Assembly: GCA_963818475.1 (NCBI GenBank)
Contig: CAWFSF010000002.1
Coordinates: 128,001 to 192,000 of the forward strand
Length of the DNA: 64,000 nucleotides
Source: Nitrospirota bacterium
GTDB taxonomy: Bacteria; Nitrospirota; UBA9217
Direction: 5' to 3'
Below, one piece after another: positions 1-9,638 of the stretch. Numbering within the stretch: the stretch's first letter is position 1; each line of letters starts with the position of its first letter. The position numbers were made by a program, and so were the translations under genes. Below the pieces are notes generated by a model. That model ran no database searches, was not told the origin of the DNA, and worked only from the letters and a program-made list of their open reading frames with translations.

Positions 1-402
1 CACGAACCTGGCCTTCATCTGGTCGGTTTTAACCCCCTCGGGCAGTTCGAAATGCCGCTCAAAGGAACCATAGGCGATCTCGCGATAGAGATAATCCTCG
101 TCCTTTGTGCCTTTTTCCGTTTTGCGTTCGCCTTTGATCGTGAGCCCCCGATCTGTCACCGTTACCTCCAGGTCCTTGGGATCGATCCCCGGAAGCTCAC
201 ACCGGAATACCAGGTTGTTGTCTTTGGTGAAATTCTCTACCCGAGGCATCCACGCATAGCCACGCCTTTCAGCTGAAGTAATATCCCTGCCCAGGAATCG
301 ATCAAAGATCCTGTCCATATCAAGCTGCATTTCACGAAGCTCCTCGAAAGGATCGATTTTCCTCATCAACCGGAACGGATCCAACCTCATCAGGCTTTTC
401 AT
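1..402 (-). CDS. Small heat-shock protein, Hsp20/alpha-crystallin family (3' end runs off the window)
   Basis: Manual translation from ATG at 402: MKSLMRLDPFRLMRKIDPFEELREMQ...WMPRVE...ELPGIDPKDLEVTV...IKGERK...REIAYGSFERHFELPEGVKTDQMKARF, typical Hsp20 motifs; SD AAGGAGG upstream. Absent from the ORF track because no stop lies in the window. Confidence 0.93.
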   Translation of the reverse strand, partial: MKSLMRLDPFRLMRKIDPFEELREMQLDMDRIFDRFLGRDITSAERRGYAWMPRVENFTKDNNLVFRCELPGIDPKDLEVTVTDRGLTIKGERKTEKGTKDEDYLYREIAYGSFERHFELPEGVKTDQMKARFV

Positions 403-549
403 ATCACTCCCTCCTTCCTTGCATATTTGCTGGTCTCCATTCAGGAGAAAAAGGCTCACGCAAGCAGGGGGATGGAAACTGAAAGCCTTTATCCTCCCGA
501 AATAAAATCCTGGAGACCATTTCGCATACGCAAACCTCTTTGTAATAAA

Positions 550-590
550 AATATAACACTCTGTTAGCACTCTGTCAAGTAGAGTGCCAG
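550..590 (-). promoter_or_regulatory. CIRCE operator (HrcA site) overlapping a sigma70 promoter for hsp20
   Basis: TTAGCACTC-N9-GAGTGCCAG at 564-590 (consensus TTAGCACTC-N9-GAGTGCTAA); on the minus strand TTGACA (578-573), 17 nt, TATATT (555-550). Confidence 0.92.
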
Positions 591-690
591 AGTATAAATC
601 ATTGATTTTAATCGGTTTTAATAAATTTCTTGGCTTGTTGAACGGAGAAGTCTCAGGCAGGTAAATATCTATTGTACGGATCGTATCACT

Positions 691-1164
691 CTACCGCTCG
701 AACGTGCCGCTTTTTCCGCCGCTTTTCTTCATAAGGCGAATATCAGTGATCGTCATGGACCGGTCCACGGCCTTGCACATATCGTAGATCGTCAGGCCCG
801 AAGCAGACACCGCGGTCAGCGCCTCCATTTCAACACCGGTCGGGCCTGTTGTCCTGGCCGTTGCCACGATGTCGATAAACGACCCTGCGACATCCGGTTC
901 GAAAGCGATCTCAACGGACGAAAGGATCACCGGATGGCAAAGGGGGATGATCTCCGCTGTCTTTTTTGCGGCCATGATGCCGGCGATGCGGGCAACACCG
1001 AAAACATCGCCCTTTGAAACATTGCGGTCCAGGATGAGCCGGAGCGTTTCAGGCATCATGGTCACGCGTCCGGCGGCCACAGCCTCGCGCAGGGTATCCG
1101 CCTTCCCGGAGACGTCAACCATGCGCGCCGCGCCGTCGTGATCAAAATGAGTCAGTTTTTCCAT
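691..1164 (-). CDS. moaC: Cyclic pyranopterin monophosphate synthase MoaC
   Basis: Motifs [36 protein letters not shown]. Confidence 0.97.
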   Translation of the reverse strand: MEKLTHFDHDGAARMVDVSGKADTLREAVAAGRVTMMPETLRLILDRNVSKGDVFGVARIAGIMAAKKTAEIIPLCHPVILSSVEIAFEPDVAGSFIDIVATARTTGPTGVEMEALTAVSASGLTIYDMCKAVDRSMTITDIRLMKKSGGKSGTFER

Positions 1165-1198
1165 GCGTCGTCCTCTTCATTCCCCTGGTAGAAGCATT

Positions 1199-2188
1199 CT
1201 ATCCGCCGATGCGGGACATGATCCGCTGGCTGCACGCTGCCGGATTTTCGTTCACCCGGTGTCGTTCCGGTTTGATCTCGAGAGAGAACCTGAGCAGACG
1301 CTCGAGCTCTTCGTCGCTGCAGCCGCCCCGCATGGGCGATTTAATGTCGATCTCCGTATCGGACAGCAGGCAGGGCCTGATCCTGCCGTCTGCGGTAAGG
1401 CGGAGGCGGCGGCAGGAGGCGCAAAAGTGCTTGCTGATGGGGCTGATGAACCCGATCACGCCGCGCGCGCCCGGGATCTGGTAATTGTCGGACGGGCCTG
1501 CCGAGCCCTTTGCCAGGAACGGCACCAGCGGGCCGAACTCACGTTCGATGATGCCACGAACACGGTCGGAGGTCACGCAGGCTTCGGTATGCCATCGGTC
1601 ATTGGCGCCGATCGGCATGAACTCAATGAACCGGATGTGGAGGCGCCGGTCGAGCGTAAGCCGGGCGAAAGCGGCGATCTCGTCGTCGTTCACCCCTTTG
1701 ACCGGGACCATGTTGATCTTGATCGGCGAGAACCCGGCTTCCTCGGCACTGGCGATGCCCTGCCACACAAGGTCCCAGGCATCGCTGCCCGTGATCTCCC
1801 GGAAGCGCTGCGGATTCAGCGAATCAAGGCTGATATTGAGCCGTTTGATCCCGGCATCACGCAATCCCCGCCACATTTCCCCGAGCAGCACGCCGTTGGT
1901 GGTGAGACTGATGTCCTCGATGCCTGCCACATCCCGCAGCTCTGCAATGAAACCGAGCACGCCGCGACGAACCAAAGGCTCACCGCCGGTGATGCGGACA
2001 TGGGAAATCCCCAGCGGCACGGCGATCCGCACGATCCTGAGCATTTCCTCATAGCGGAATATTTCCTGATGCCGGATCATCTGCACCTGGGTCCTCGGTT
2101 TACAGTAGACACAGGAAAGATTGCACCGGTCGGTGACCGATATGCGCAAATAGTCGATGGTCCGATTGCTGTGGTCTTTGAGAGACAT
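1199..2188 (-). CDS. moaA: GTP 3',8-cyclase MoaA (radical SAM)
   Basis: YLRISVTDRCNLSCVYC, ITGGEPL, C-terminal FCASCRRLRLTADG...PCL and terminal IGG. Confidence 0.97.
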   Translation of the reverse strand: MSLKDHSNRTIDYLRISVTDRCNLSCVYCKPRTQVQMIRHQEIFRYEEMLRIVRIAVPLGISHVRITGGEPLVRRGVLGFIAELRDVAGIEDISLTTNGVLLGEMWRGLRDAGIKRLNISLDSLNPQRFREITGSDAWDLVWQGIASAEEAGFSPIKINMVPVKGVNDDEIAAFARLTLDRRLHIRFIEFMPIGANDRWHTEACVTSDRVRGIIEREFGPLVPFLAKGSAGPSDNYQIPGARGVIGFISPISKHFCASCRRLRLTADGRIRPCLLSDTEIDIKSPMRGGCSDEELERLLRFSLEIKPERHRVNENPAACSQRIMSRIGG

Positions 2189-2338
2189 GTAAAAAATCTA
2201 CCACAGGGTCAGTACATCTGCAAGGCAAATTATAGCCTTGACCCACCTTTATTTTGACAGTATACTATTCTTATTATAGGGGAACATTGCAGTACACGCC
2301 ACACCGATAAGATCACACCGCATCACCGGCCACCTTCT

Positions 2339-2897
2339 ATGACAAAAATGGGAAAAAGGATAATCCTGGGCAGGGGAAAGGGGTACATCAGCGCGGCTGG
2401 TCCGCAGTACCGCTTCATCGTCTTCCTCATTTTCATCCTCGTTGCCTACACGCTGCTCCTGCGCGTGTTCCAAAAACTGGCCGAGATCCTGCAGCTGCCG
2501 ATCTTTCTGCCCATCTCCCTGATCACCTTGCTGATCTTCATCGGCATCATCGGCACCCTGTACTCACATAAGTTCGTCGGCCCCATGGCACGGATCCGGC
2601 GCGCGCTCGACCAGATGGCAGAGGGAGAGGAACGCCATCTGTTTGCGGCTCCGGGAGTCGGACGACCCCATGCTGAAGGACATCGTCGCGTCGATCAGCC
2701 GCCTCTGCGAACTTACCAGGAACGAGCATATCCTGATCCAGGACCAGGCTCGCGACCTTTTCAGCGCTGTTCAGGCGCTCCATGACGAGGCCAGGAAGAC
2801 CGGCGCCTGCGGCGAGCAGCTTGAGAAACACTTTGCAGACGTCTTGAAAAAACAGGAGCAGCTCGAGCAGACGATCAAATCCTTCCACAAGGGATAA
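2339..2897 (+). CDS. Two-TM membrane protein with HAMP-like domain and coiled coil; split by an indel near 2630-2640
   Basis: ORF 2339 gives two TM helices then SHKFVGPMARIRRALDQMAEGE; ORF 2643 continues LRESDD..LKDIVASISRL, the usual HAMP continuation in another frame. Confidence 0.7.
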
Positions 2898-2905
2898 CGG
2901 GGATT

Positions 2906-3187
2906 ATGGCTGAAATCGGATTCCGCGGAAAAAGCATGAAAGCGGTGGCCGTGGACGTGGCAGAAGCCTTCGTCTCGGTAAACCCGCTGTTCCTGAAAAA
3001 ATTCGACAAGGACATGCTGAAGGAACTCTATGAAACAATCAACAAGGCCATGACCTTAACGCGCAATGAAAAGCTGCTGCCGAACGATCCGGTTGCCCTG
3101 CGGACGCGCAATATGAAGCTCCAGCGTCTGCACTCCGCTCTCATCGTCATCCGGAACTCCGCACGCGAAAAGCGGATCCCCCTGTAA
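2906..3187 (+). CDS. Hypothetical protein (93 aa)
   Basis: Follows the upstream gene by 8 nt; natural-looking helical protein. Confidence 0.7.
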   Translation: MAEIGFRGKSMKAVAVDVAEAFVSVNPLFLKKFDKDMLKELYETINKAMTLTRNEKLLPNDPVALRTRNMKLQRLHSALIVIRNSAREKRIPL

Positions 3188-3224
3188 ACAAAAAGCGGTG
3201 AACACCCCTTGGCGGCTCACCGTG

Positions 3225-4496
3225 TCAAGCATACTGCCCTGCATTCTCCGCGTTGTTCCTGCTACTCAACGGCGACGAAAATTGATTTCTGAACTCCTCG
3301 GGACCCAGGTTCGTTACCGATGCAAGCTTCTTGAGCTCCTCCCCTGCCAGGTCTTCCTTCTCGAGCCGGATCATGTAGCGCCGCGCCATATGATAATCGT
3401 CGGAATCGATGTCCACGGTGCGGATCCGCGTTTTTCCCGTCTTGGGGTCCATGAGATCGGCGAACTTGATCGGGATGCACTTGCCGTCCTTCAGCATGAT
3501 CATGGCGCCGGTCCCGCCGCCCACCAGGAACTGCACCGCGCTGAAACCCAGGTAGCGGGTGTATTCCCGGTCGTAGGAGATGGGAGGATGGCACCGGAGC
3601 TCATACCCGATGTCCTTGGCAATGATCGTGGTCTTGACGCCCAGCGCGTCGAGCTCGGTGGCGACCCGCTGCTTCAGGATGTCGCCCAGCGGAAATTCGG
3701 CCAGGCGGATGTTGCCGTGCTCGTCGACCGGCACGTCCTTGAGGATCGTAAGCTCCTCGGGATCGAGGCGGATGGCGACGCCCTCGGCGATCACGGCCAC
3801 ACCGTGCCCCCTGCCAAGAGCAAGCCGCTTGATGATGGCGCCGGTCAGGATGGCAATGACCTTTTTGAAAGAGATCTTGTTCCCCAGTTCCTCGGGAATG
3901 AGGGTCAGCGTCGCGCCCGCGCCCATACCCATGCCGAGCGCCAGGTGCCCGGCGGACCGGCCCATGGCGATCACGAAATACCAGCGCCACGCGGTCTGCG
4001 CGTCCTCCATGAGGTTCTCAACGAGCTGGGCGCCGAGCTGGCGCGCAGTCTCGAATCCGAAGGTCGGAACACCGTGCGGAAGCGGCAGGTCGTTGTCGAT
4101 CGTCTTCGGCACGTGGCAGACCGCGATCTTGCCCGCCGCCTCCTGTTCCACGCGGGTGGAGGTGTAAGCAGTATCGTCGCCGCCGATGGTCACCAGGTAC
4201 TTGACACCCAGGCCTGTCAGTGCTTTGATCACATTTGCCATTTTCTCAGGGCTTTTCGTCGGATTCTCGCGTGACGTCCCGATGATGGACCCACCGCGCG
4301 TGTGAATGCGCGAGATCTCTTCGGGGTTCAGGTTCAGGATGTGCGACGTATCTCCCCTGGACAGCCATTTGAATCCGTCGCGGATACCGATCACTTCCAG
4401 CCCCTGTTTCCATGCCTCAAAGGTGACCGCACTGATCACGCCGTTAATTCCCGGGGCCGGTCCTCCGCCTACAACCACCGCAAGCTTTTCCGCCAT
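3225..4496 (-). CDS. pfp: Phosphofructokinase, probably pyrophosphate-dependent
   Basis: GGGPAPGIN, GGDDT and PKTIDND (Asp/Lys signature of PPi-type PFK), MGRSAG; start MAEKL at 4496 with SD CAGGAGG. Confidence 0.9.
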   Translation of the reverse strand: MAEKLAVVVGGGPAPGINGVISAVTFEAWKQGLEVIGIRDGFKWLSRGDTSHILNLNPEEISRIHTRGGSIIGTSRENPTKSPEKMANVIKALTGLGVKYLVTIGGDDTAYTSTRVEQEAAGKIAVCHVPKTIDNDLPLPHGVPTFGFETARQLGAQLVENLMEDAQTAWRWYFVIAMGRSAGHLALGMGMGAGATLTLIPEELGNKISFKKVIAILTGAIIKRLALGRGHGVAVIAEGVAIRLDPEELTILKDVPVDEHGNIRLAEFPLGDILKQRVATELDALGVKTTIIAKDIGYELRCHPPISYDREYTRYLGFSAVQFLVGGGTGAMIMLKDGKCIPIKFADLMDPKTGKTRIRTVDIDSDDYHMARRYMIRLEKEDLAGEELKKLASVTNLGPEEFRNQFSSPLSSRNNAENAGQYA

Positions 4497-4624
4497 AACT
4501 GCCTCCTGCTGTATAAGATATTGTTGCTGGAACCGGTGACGAACATGGACATCCTGAAGCGCGAGGCACTGCTGAAACGTTTCAAGTCTTCGGAAGGGCT
4601 CCTTCCACTGCCGTGTACCGCGCA

Positions 4625-4746
4625 ACTGTATCAAAACACGACGTGCTTGTCAATATGATTGAACCTGCCTGATTGAACCTGACGCATGTGCGGAAGAATG
4701 CATCGGTAAATTTCGGGTTGACACCTTTCATCCGAAACGCTATTAT
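4625..4746. promoter_or_regulatory. Divergent sigma70-type promoters for pfp and the ferritin-like gene
   Basis: Minus: TTGACA(4653-4648)-17-TACAGT(4630-4625). Plus: TTGACA(4718-4723)-17-TATTAT(4741-4746). Confidence 0.65.
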
Positions 4747-4802
4747 TTCAGGTAGTTTACCGGTAACAAGGCAAGGTACTTTTATCGAAAAAGGGAGAGT
4801 GC

Positions 4803-5279
4803 ATGAACAATTATTCGATCAATGAAGTAATCGAGATGGCGATCCAGACGGAAAAGCTCGGGTACCAGTTCTATACTTCGATCAGCGAGAAGTTCAAGAA
4901 GGACGACGGTTTGGTCAAGCTCTTTACCACGCTTGCAAAAAAGGAGCAGGTGCACGAGAAGACCTTCACCGACCTGAAGAGCATGGTCGCCAAGAGCGGC
5001 ACGGAAGCGGTGGAGTGGGGAGAGGTTTCCAATTATATGCGCGCATTTGTGGAGTCCCAGTTCTTCCTGGGAAAGGGCAAGTCGCTCCCGTCCATGGACC
5101 ATTTAAAGACCGTGGCCGATGCCGTCAACTTTGCGCTCGGATTCGAAAAAGAGACCCTGCTCTACTTCTTTGAACTGCGGTCCGTGGTGAAGGAAAAAGA
5201 GATGGTCGACGAGATCATCAATGAGGAAAAGAGCCATATCATGTGGCTCGATGCGTTCAGGAAAACGTTGGCGAAATAG
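4803..5279 (+). CDS. Ferritin-like/rubrerythrin-family protein
   Basis: MAIQTEKLGYQFY, EQVH, FEKETLLYF, EEKSH: repeated E...ExxH di-iron pattern. Confidence 0.88.
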   Translation: MNNYSINEVIEMAIQTEKLGYQFYTSISEKFKKDDGLVKLFTTLAKKEQVHEKTFTDLKSMVAKSGTEAVEWGEVSNYMRAFVESQFFLGKGKSLPSMDHLKTVADAVNFALGFEKETLLYFFELRSVVKEKEMVDEIINEEKSHIMWLDAFRKTLAK

Positions 5280-5283
5280 CACA

Positions 5284-5375
5284 GGACAGGATGCACGATG
5301 CAGGATGCAGGTAACCAGACTAAATCCGGTATCGTGTATCCTGCGTCATGTATCTTGCATCCTGTATCCTGCATC
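5284..5375. repeat. Heptamer-built inverted repeat between convergent genes
   Basis: CAGGATG/CACGATG units followed by complementary CATCCTG/TATCCTG units forming a long imperfect hairpin. Confidence 0.75.
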
Positions 5376-6069
5376 ATCTCTTCAGCAGCTCCCCCACCGT
5401 TACGAGCGTAAAACCCTTCTTGCGCAATCCTTCTATGATCTCCGGCAGGAATTCCGCCGTATGCACTCCATTGCGATTCATATGGAACACGATGATGCTC
5501 CCGCCCTGCGCGTCGCGCAAAAGGATGCGCACGATCCGCTTTGGCGACAGATCCGGGTCCGGATCGCCCGAGGCAATGTCGTACTGGATCGTCACCAGCC
5601 CCGCCTTTTTCGCCAGTTCCGCCACGTGCTCGTCGACCTCGCCAAAGGGCGGCCTGAAATAACGGGGCGTTTTGCCGGTCACCTTCTTGATCTCGGCCTG
5701 GGAGCGCTTGAACTCGCGGATGATGCGGTCGTCCGGCTTTTCCAGCAGGTGAGGATGGTAATAGGTGTGGTTCGCGATCTCGAACTGCGGCTGGCTTGCC
5801 AGGTATTTCGCCTTCTCCGCGTTTTTCTCTACCCATCTCCCGCTCATGAAGAGCGTGGCCGGCACCTGCTTTTGCATCAGGACTTCGATCACCTGACCGT
5901 CATACTCGTCGGGCTTTCCCGTGGGGCAGGAGTCAAAGGTGAGCGCGACTTTTTTGGTGTTCCGGGGACCGTGTTCGATGATGAGACTGGTGGGAGCTTC
6001 AGCAAAGGCCTGGGTTAGCGAGCAGAGTGTCAGGACCACGGAGATGAGCACGGCAGTGATAAAATTCAT
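5374..6069 (-). CDS. Secreted polysaccharide deacetylase (NodB/CE4 family)
   Basis: Signal peptide; VALTFD, NHTYYH, YFRPPFG, GSIIVFH motifs. Confidence 0.92.
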   Translation of the reverse strand: MNFITAVLISVVLTLCSLTQAFAEAPTSLIIEHGPRNTKKVALTFDSCPTGKPDEYDGQVIEVLMQKQVPATLFMSGRWVEKNAEKAKYLASQPQFEIANHTYYHPHLLEKPDDRIIREFKRSQAEIKKVTGKTPRYFRPPFGEVDEHVAELAKKAGLVTIQYDIASGDPDPDLSPKRIVRILLRDAQGGSIIVFHMNRNGVHTAEFLPEIIEGLRKKGFTLVTVGELLKR

Positions 6070-6130
6070 GGGATATTATAACATTGGTTCCAAAAAAATC
6101 AAATGCGACGTAAAACGATCAGTATAAACT

Positions 6131-6160
6131 GTCGGATTTCGTTGGCTCTATCCGACCTAC
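6131..6160 (-). repeat. GTAG-type REP-like palindrome
   Basis: Minus strand GTAG-GTCGGAT-agagccaacgaa-ATCCGAC. Confidence 0.65.
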
Positions 6161-6252
6161 CAGCCTATTTGTTTAACCTCTTGTCTTGTTTCAGTTTATG
6201 CATTGCATCGTACAGAATATGTGGCGGAAAATAGCAGTGGCCGTAATGTGGT

Positions 6253-7255
6253 TTACAAAGGGAAATGGCACGCCACCTGGTGACCGCCGCCCATGTCGCG
6301 CAGTTTGGGTTCCTGTTGCAGGATCAATGCACTCAGCAGGACGGCCCTTGGACTCGTACACCGGGCAGCGGGGAGCGAACCGGCAGCCGCTGATCGGACG
6401 CTCGAAATCAAAGACGCCCCATCTGCCTGTTTGGGCAGTGGCAGCTTCCTTGTTCTGCTTTTCGACGAGCGACGACCACAGGATATGCGTATAGGGGTGA
6501 TAGGACTTGTGCGCAATGCGTTCCGAGAGGCCCATCTCGACGATCTTGCCGAGATACATGACCGCCACCTTGTGGCTGAGCAGTTCCACGACCCGCAGAT
6601 CGTGGGAGATGAAGAGGTAGGAAAGGCCGAGATCTCTCTGGAGGTCGCGCATCAGGTTCACCACCTGGGCCTGGATCGACACATCCAGAGCGCTCGTAGG
6701 CTCGTCAGCGACAATGAAGCGCGCGCCCACGGAAAGCACCCGCGCAATGCCGACCCGCCGCTTTTCGCCTCCGGAAAGTTCGTGCGGAAAGTTGGAGAGC
6801 TTGCTCTTTTTAAGATTGACCTGCTCCAGCAGCTCGCCGATCTTCTTGTCCGCGCCGGCCTCGTCCATCTGATGATGGACCGTGATCGCCTCCCGCAGGA
6901 TCTCGCGGATGCGCATCTTCGGGTTCAATGCTGCGTCCAGGTCTTGAAAGATCATCTGCATCTGGCCCCGCAGCCGGCGCAGTTCCTCGGCCGGCATGGC
7001 AATGACGTCCTTGCCGTCAAAGAGGATCTTGCCCGAGGTCGCCGGCGTGAGCCGCAGGATGGTTCTGCCGATCGTGGTTTTGCCGCAGCCTGACTCGCCC
7101 ACGAGGCCGACGGTCTCGTTCTCCTTGAGGTAAAAGCTGACGCCGTCCACCGCAGGTATCGCCTGCTCCTGTCTTTCCTTGAATGCGGACAGGAGCCCCT
7201 TGCGCTGAGCAAAGTGTTTTTTGAGGTCTATGACTTCGAGGATTGTTTTCGGCAT
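6253..7255 (-). CDS. Oligopeptide/dipeptide ABC transporter ATPase (OppF/DppF-like); indel near 6320
   Basis: [32 protein letters not shown]; the expected end HQVACHFPL is in ORF 6253-6516. Confidence 0.9.
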
Positions 7256-7292
7256 AAGAAACCAGTTTTAACACATCGTAAAAAGCTTAATC

Positions 7293-7469
7293 TACCACGG
7301 AGACACGGAGGCACGGAGAAATGCCTTTTAAATAATAGGGATTTTCTCGCGTCTCTGCGCCTCAGCGGTTCAACTTGATTTATTGTTAGTTGTTAACCTA
7401 TCAATATCTACGTCCTTTGTATTGGGTTATACTGCAGCCTTCTCTCCGTGTCTCCGTGCCTCCGTGGTA
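7293..7469. mobile_element. MITE-like inverted-repeat element built of 9-bp CACGGAGAC/CACGGAGGC units
   Basis: TACCACGGAGACACGGAGGCACGGAGA at left and its near-perfect reverse complement at 7441-7469, AT-rich core; same family as the ends of the GxxExxY remnant at 24.8-25.1 kb. Confidence 0.7.
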
Positions 7470-7481
7470 AAAAGACCTGCT

Positions 7482-8582
7482 TTACTCAAAATACAACCAG
7501 CACCGGACCTTATGCCCCGGAGCGATCTCCCGCAGCTCGGGCTCGTGGCGTTCGCACTTCTCTTTGATGGCATCGGTCACGCGGTTGCAGCGGCCATAGA
7601 ACCGGCAGCCTGCCGGGATGTTGATGGTATCGAGCACGTCCCCCTCGATCGCGTGGAGATAGCCTTTTTCCCTGACGTTTTGCGCGCTCGGAATGGACGT
7701 GAGCAGCGCGGCGGTATAGGGATGCTTTGCCGCTGCATCGACGGCAAGAATGTCGCGTGCCGGGCCGTGCTCGAAGACCGTACCGCCGTACATCACTGCC
7801 ACGCGGTCCGACAGGCGCGAGATGATGCTGATGTCGTGGCTTATGAGCATGGTGGTCACGCCGAGCTCGGACTTGAGCTCCGCCAGCAGATCCACGATCT
7901 TGGACTGGATGGTGGCGTCGAGCCCTGTAGTCGGTTCGTCAGCGATCAAAAGCGACGGCTCGCTTGCAAGCGCCATGGCGATCATAGCACGCTGGCACAT
8001 GCCTCCTGACATCCCGAACGGATGATTCTCATACCGGAGCCGCGGCGAATCGATCTTCACCCGGTCCAGCCAGTAGATCGCCCGGTCTTTTGCTTCCTGT
8101 TCGCTCGTGATCGCTGTATGGAGCTGGATGGCCTCGGCGATCTGTTTGCCCACGGTGGTAAAGGGATTGAGCGAAGACTTGGGGTTCTGGAAGATCATGG
8201 CGATCTCCTTGCCGCGCACCTTGCTCATCATGCTCTCTGCCCGCTGCTCCCAACCCTTCACGTCCTTTTGCACGGACATGATCTTGTTGTCCTTTTTCGT
8301 GAGCGTAACATAATCTCCCAGGTCCTGGAGCAGGTTCTTCTGGATGCGGTCGGTCTTTAACCCGATCTTGCCGCTGATCACGCCCGGACCGTCGCTGATG
8401 AGCCCCAGGATCGACAACGCGGTGATGCTTTTGCCGCTGCCGCTCTCGCCGACCACGCCCAGGGTCTCGCCTTTTGCGATCTTGAGGCTTACGTTGTCCA
8501 CGGAGCGAATGAAAGCCTGCTTGCTGCGGGAATAGAAATAAGTGCGAAGATCCTCTATTTTGAGAAGCGGAGCAGTCGTCAT
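7482..8582 (-). CDS. Oligopeptide ABC transporter ATPase (OppD/DppD-like)
   Basis: [43 protein letters not shown]. Confidence 0.93.
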   Translation of the reverse strand: MTTAPLLKIEDLRTYFYSRSKQAFIRSVDNVSLKIAKGETLGVVGESGSGKSITALSILGLISDGPGVISGKIGLKTDRIQKNLLQDLGDYVTLTKKDNKIMSVQKDVKGWEQRAESMMSKVRGKEIAMIFQNPKSSLNPFTTVGKQIAEAIQLHTAITSEQEAKDRAIYWLDRVKIDSPRLRYENHPFGMSGGMCQRAMIAMALASEPSLLIADEPTTGLDATIQSKIVDLLAELKSELGVTTMLISHDISIISRLSDRVAVMYGGTVFEHGPARDILAVDAAAKHPYTAALLTSIPSAQNVREKGYLHAIEGDVLDTINIPAGCRFYGRCNRVTDAIKEKCERHEPELREIAPGHKVRCWLYFE

Positions 8583-9472
8583 TTGCCTCTCCGTCCTTCG
8601 AGGATATTGTTCAGCCCGTCGCCGAGCAGATGGAACCCCAGGATCGTGAACAGGATGGCGAGCGCAGGCGCCGTTGACGGCCAGAACTGGCCCTTCATGA
8701 AATAGTTCGCCCCGGACTGGACCATGTTGCCCCAGGACGGCGTGGGCTCCTGCACGCCGAAGCCAAGATAGCTCAGGGAGGTTTCCATGAGAATAGCCTC
8801 TCCCATACCGAGCGTTGCCTGGATGATCAACAGCGACCGGCAGTTGTGCCAGAGAATGTGCTTCAGGATGATCGTCCTCGTGGGAAGACCCAGCGCCATA
8901 TCCGCCTCGATGAAATTCTTCTGTTTCAGAAACTGGATTTTGCCCTTGATGAGCGAGGCTACGACCGGCACGTTCGTAATGCCCACGACGATCATGATGA
9001 CATAGATGTCCGGCTTGAACGCCGCGATCACGAGCAGAATGAGCACGAGGCGAGGAAAAGAATCGACGAGGTTCGTGAAATAGGTAATGAGGGTCTCAAA
9101 CCTGTTGCCGCGATATCCGGCGAGCACGCCGAAGAGGGTGCCGAAAAGGAGTGCAATGGAGATCGCGAGGAGCCCGGGCAGAAAGTAGGCCTGGATGCCG
9201 ACGATCAGGCGGGAGAGCATGTCCCTTCCCATGAAGTCCGTGCCGAGCAAATGTCCGGCAGTGCCCGGCCCCGCCATCATCAGCTCCAGGTCTATGTCCT
9301 GCGGGTCCTGCGGCAGCAGGTTGAACGAACCCAGGAGATAGGACACCACCACGAGCATAACGATCAGCAGCCCGTATGCCACATAGGCCAGGTCCACGGT
9401 GTCCGCTTTTTTCCAGAAAGGCAGGTCCGAGAACTCGCCGATCTCGCCGGATATTTGGGAATAGGTTTTCAT
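8579..9472 (-). CDS. Oligopeptide ABC permease (OppC-like)
   Basis: HLLGTDFMGRD, ETSLSYLGFG, PSWGNM. Confidence 0.93.
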   Translation of the reverse strand: MKTYSQISGEIGEFSDLPFWKKADTVDLAYVAYGLLIVMLVVVSYLLGSFNLLPQDPQDIDLELMMAGPGTAGHLLGTDFMGRDMLSRLIVGIQAYFLPGLLAISIALLFGTLFGVLAGYRGNRFETLITYFTNLVDSFPRLVLILLVIAAFKPDIYVIMIVVGITNVPVVASLIKGKIQFLKQKNFIEADMALGLPTRTIILKHILWHNCRSLLIIQATLGMGEAILMETSLSYLGFGVQEPTPSWGNMVQSGANYFMKGQFWPSTAPALAILFTILGFHLLGDGLNNILEGRRGK

Positions 9473-9638
9473 AATGATTCAGGGACAGGGTCCAGGGGCC
9501 AGGCAAAATAAATGACAGACGCTAATCCTGGACTTTTTACTGGTTTAATCTACGAGCGTGAACCAGCGATGCGATATTATTGTCATGCTGCTCTGCACTT
9601 CACATTCCGCAATCCGAAATCCGCAATCCGCAATCGGA

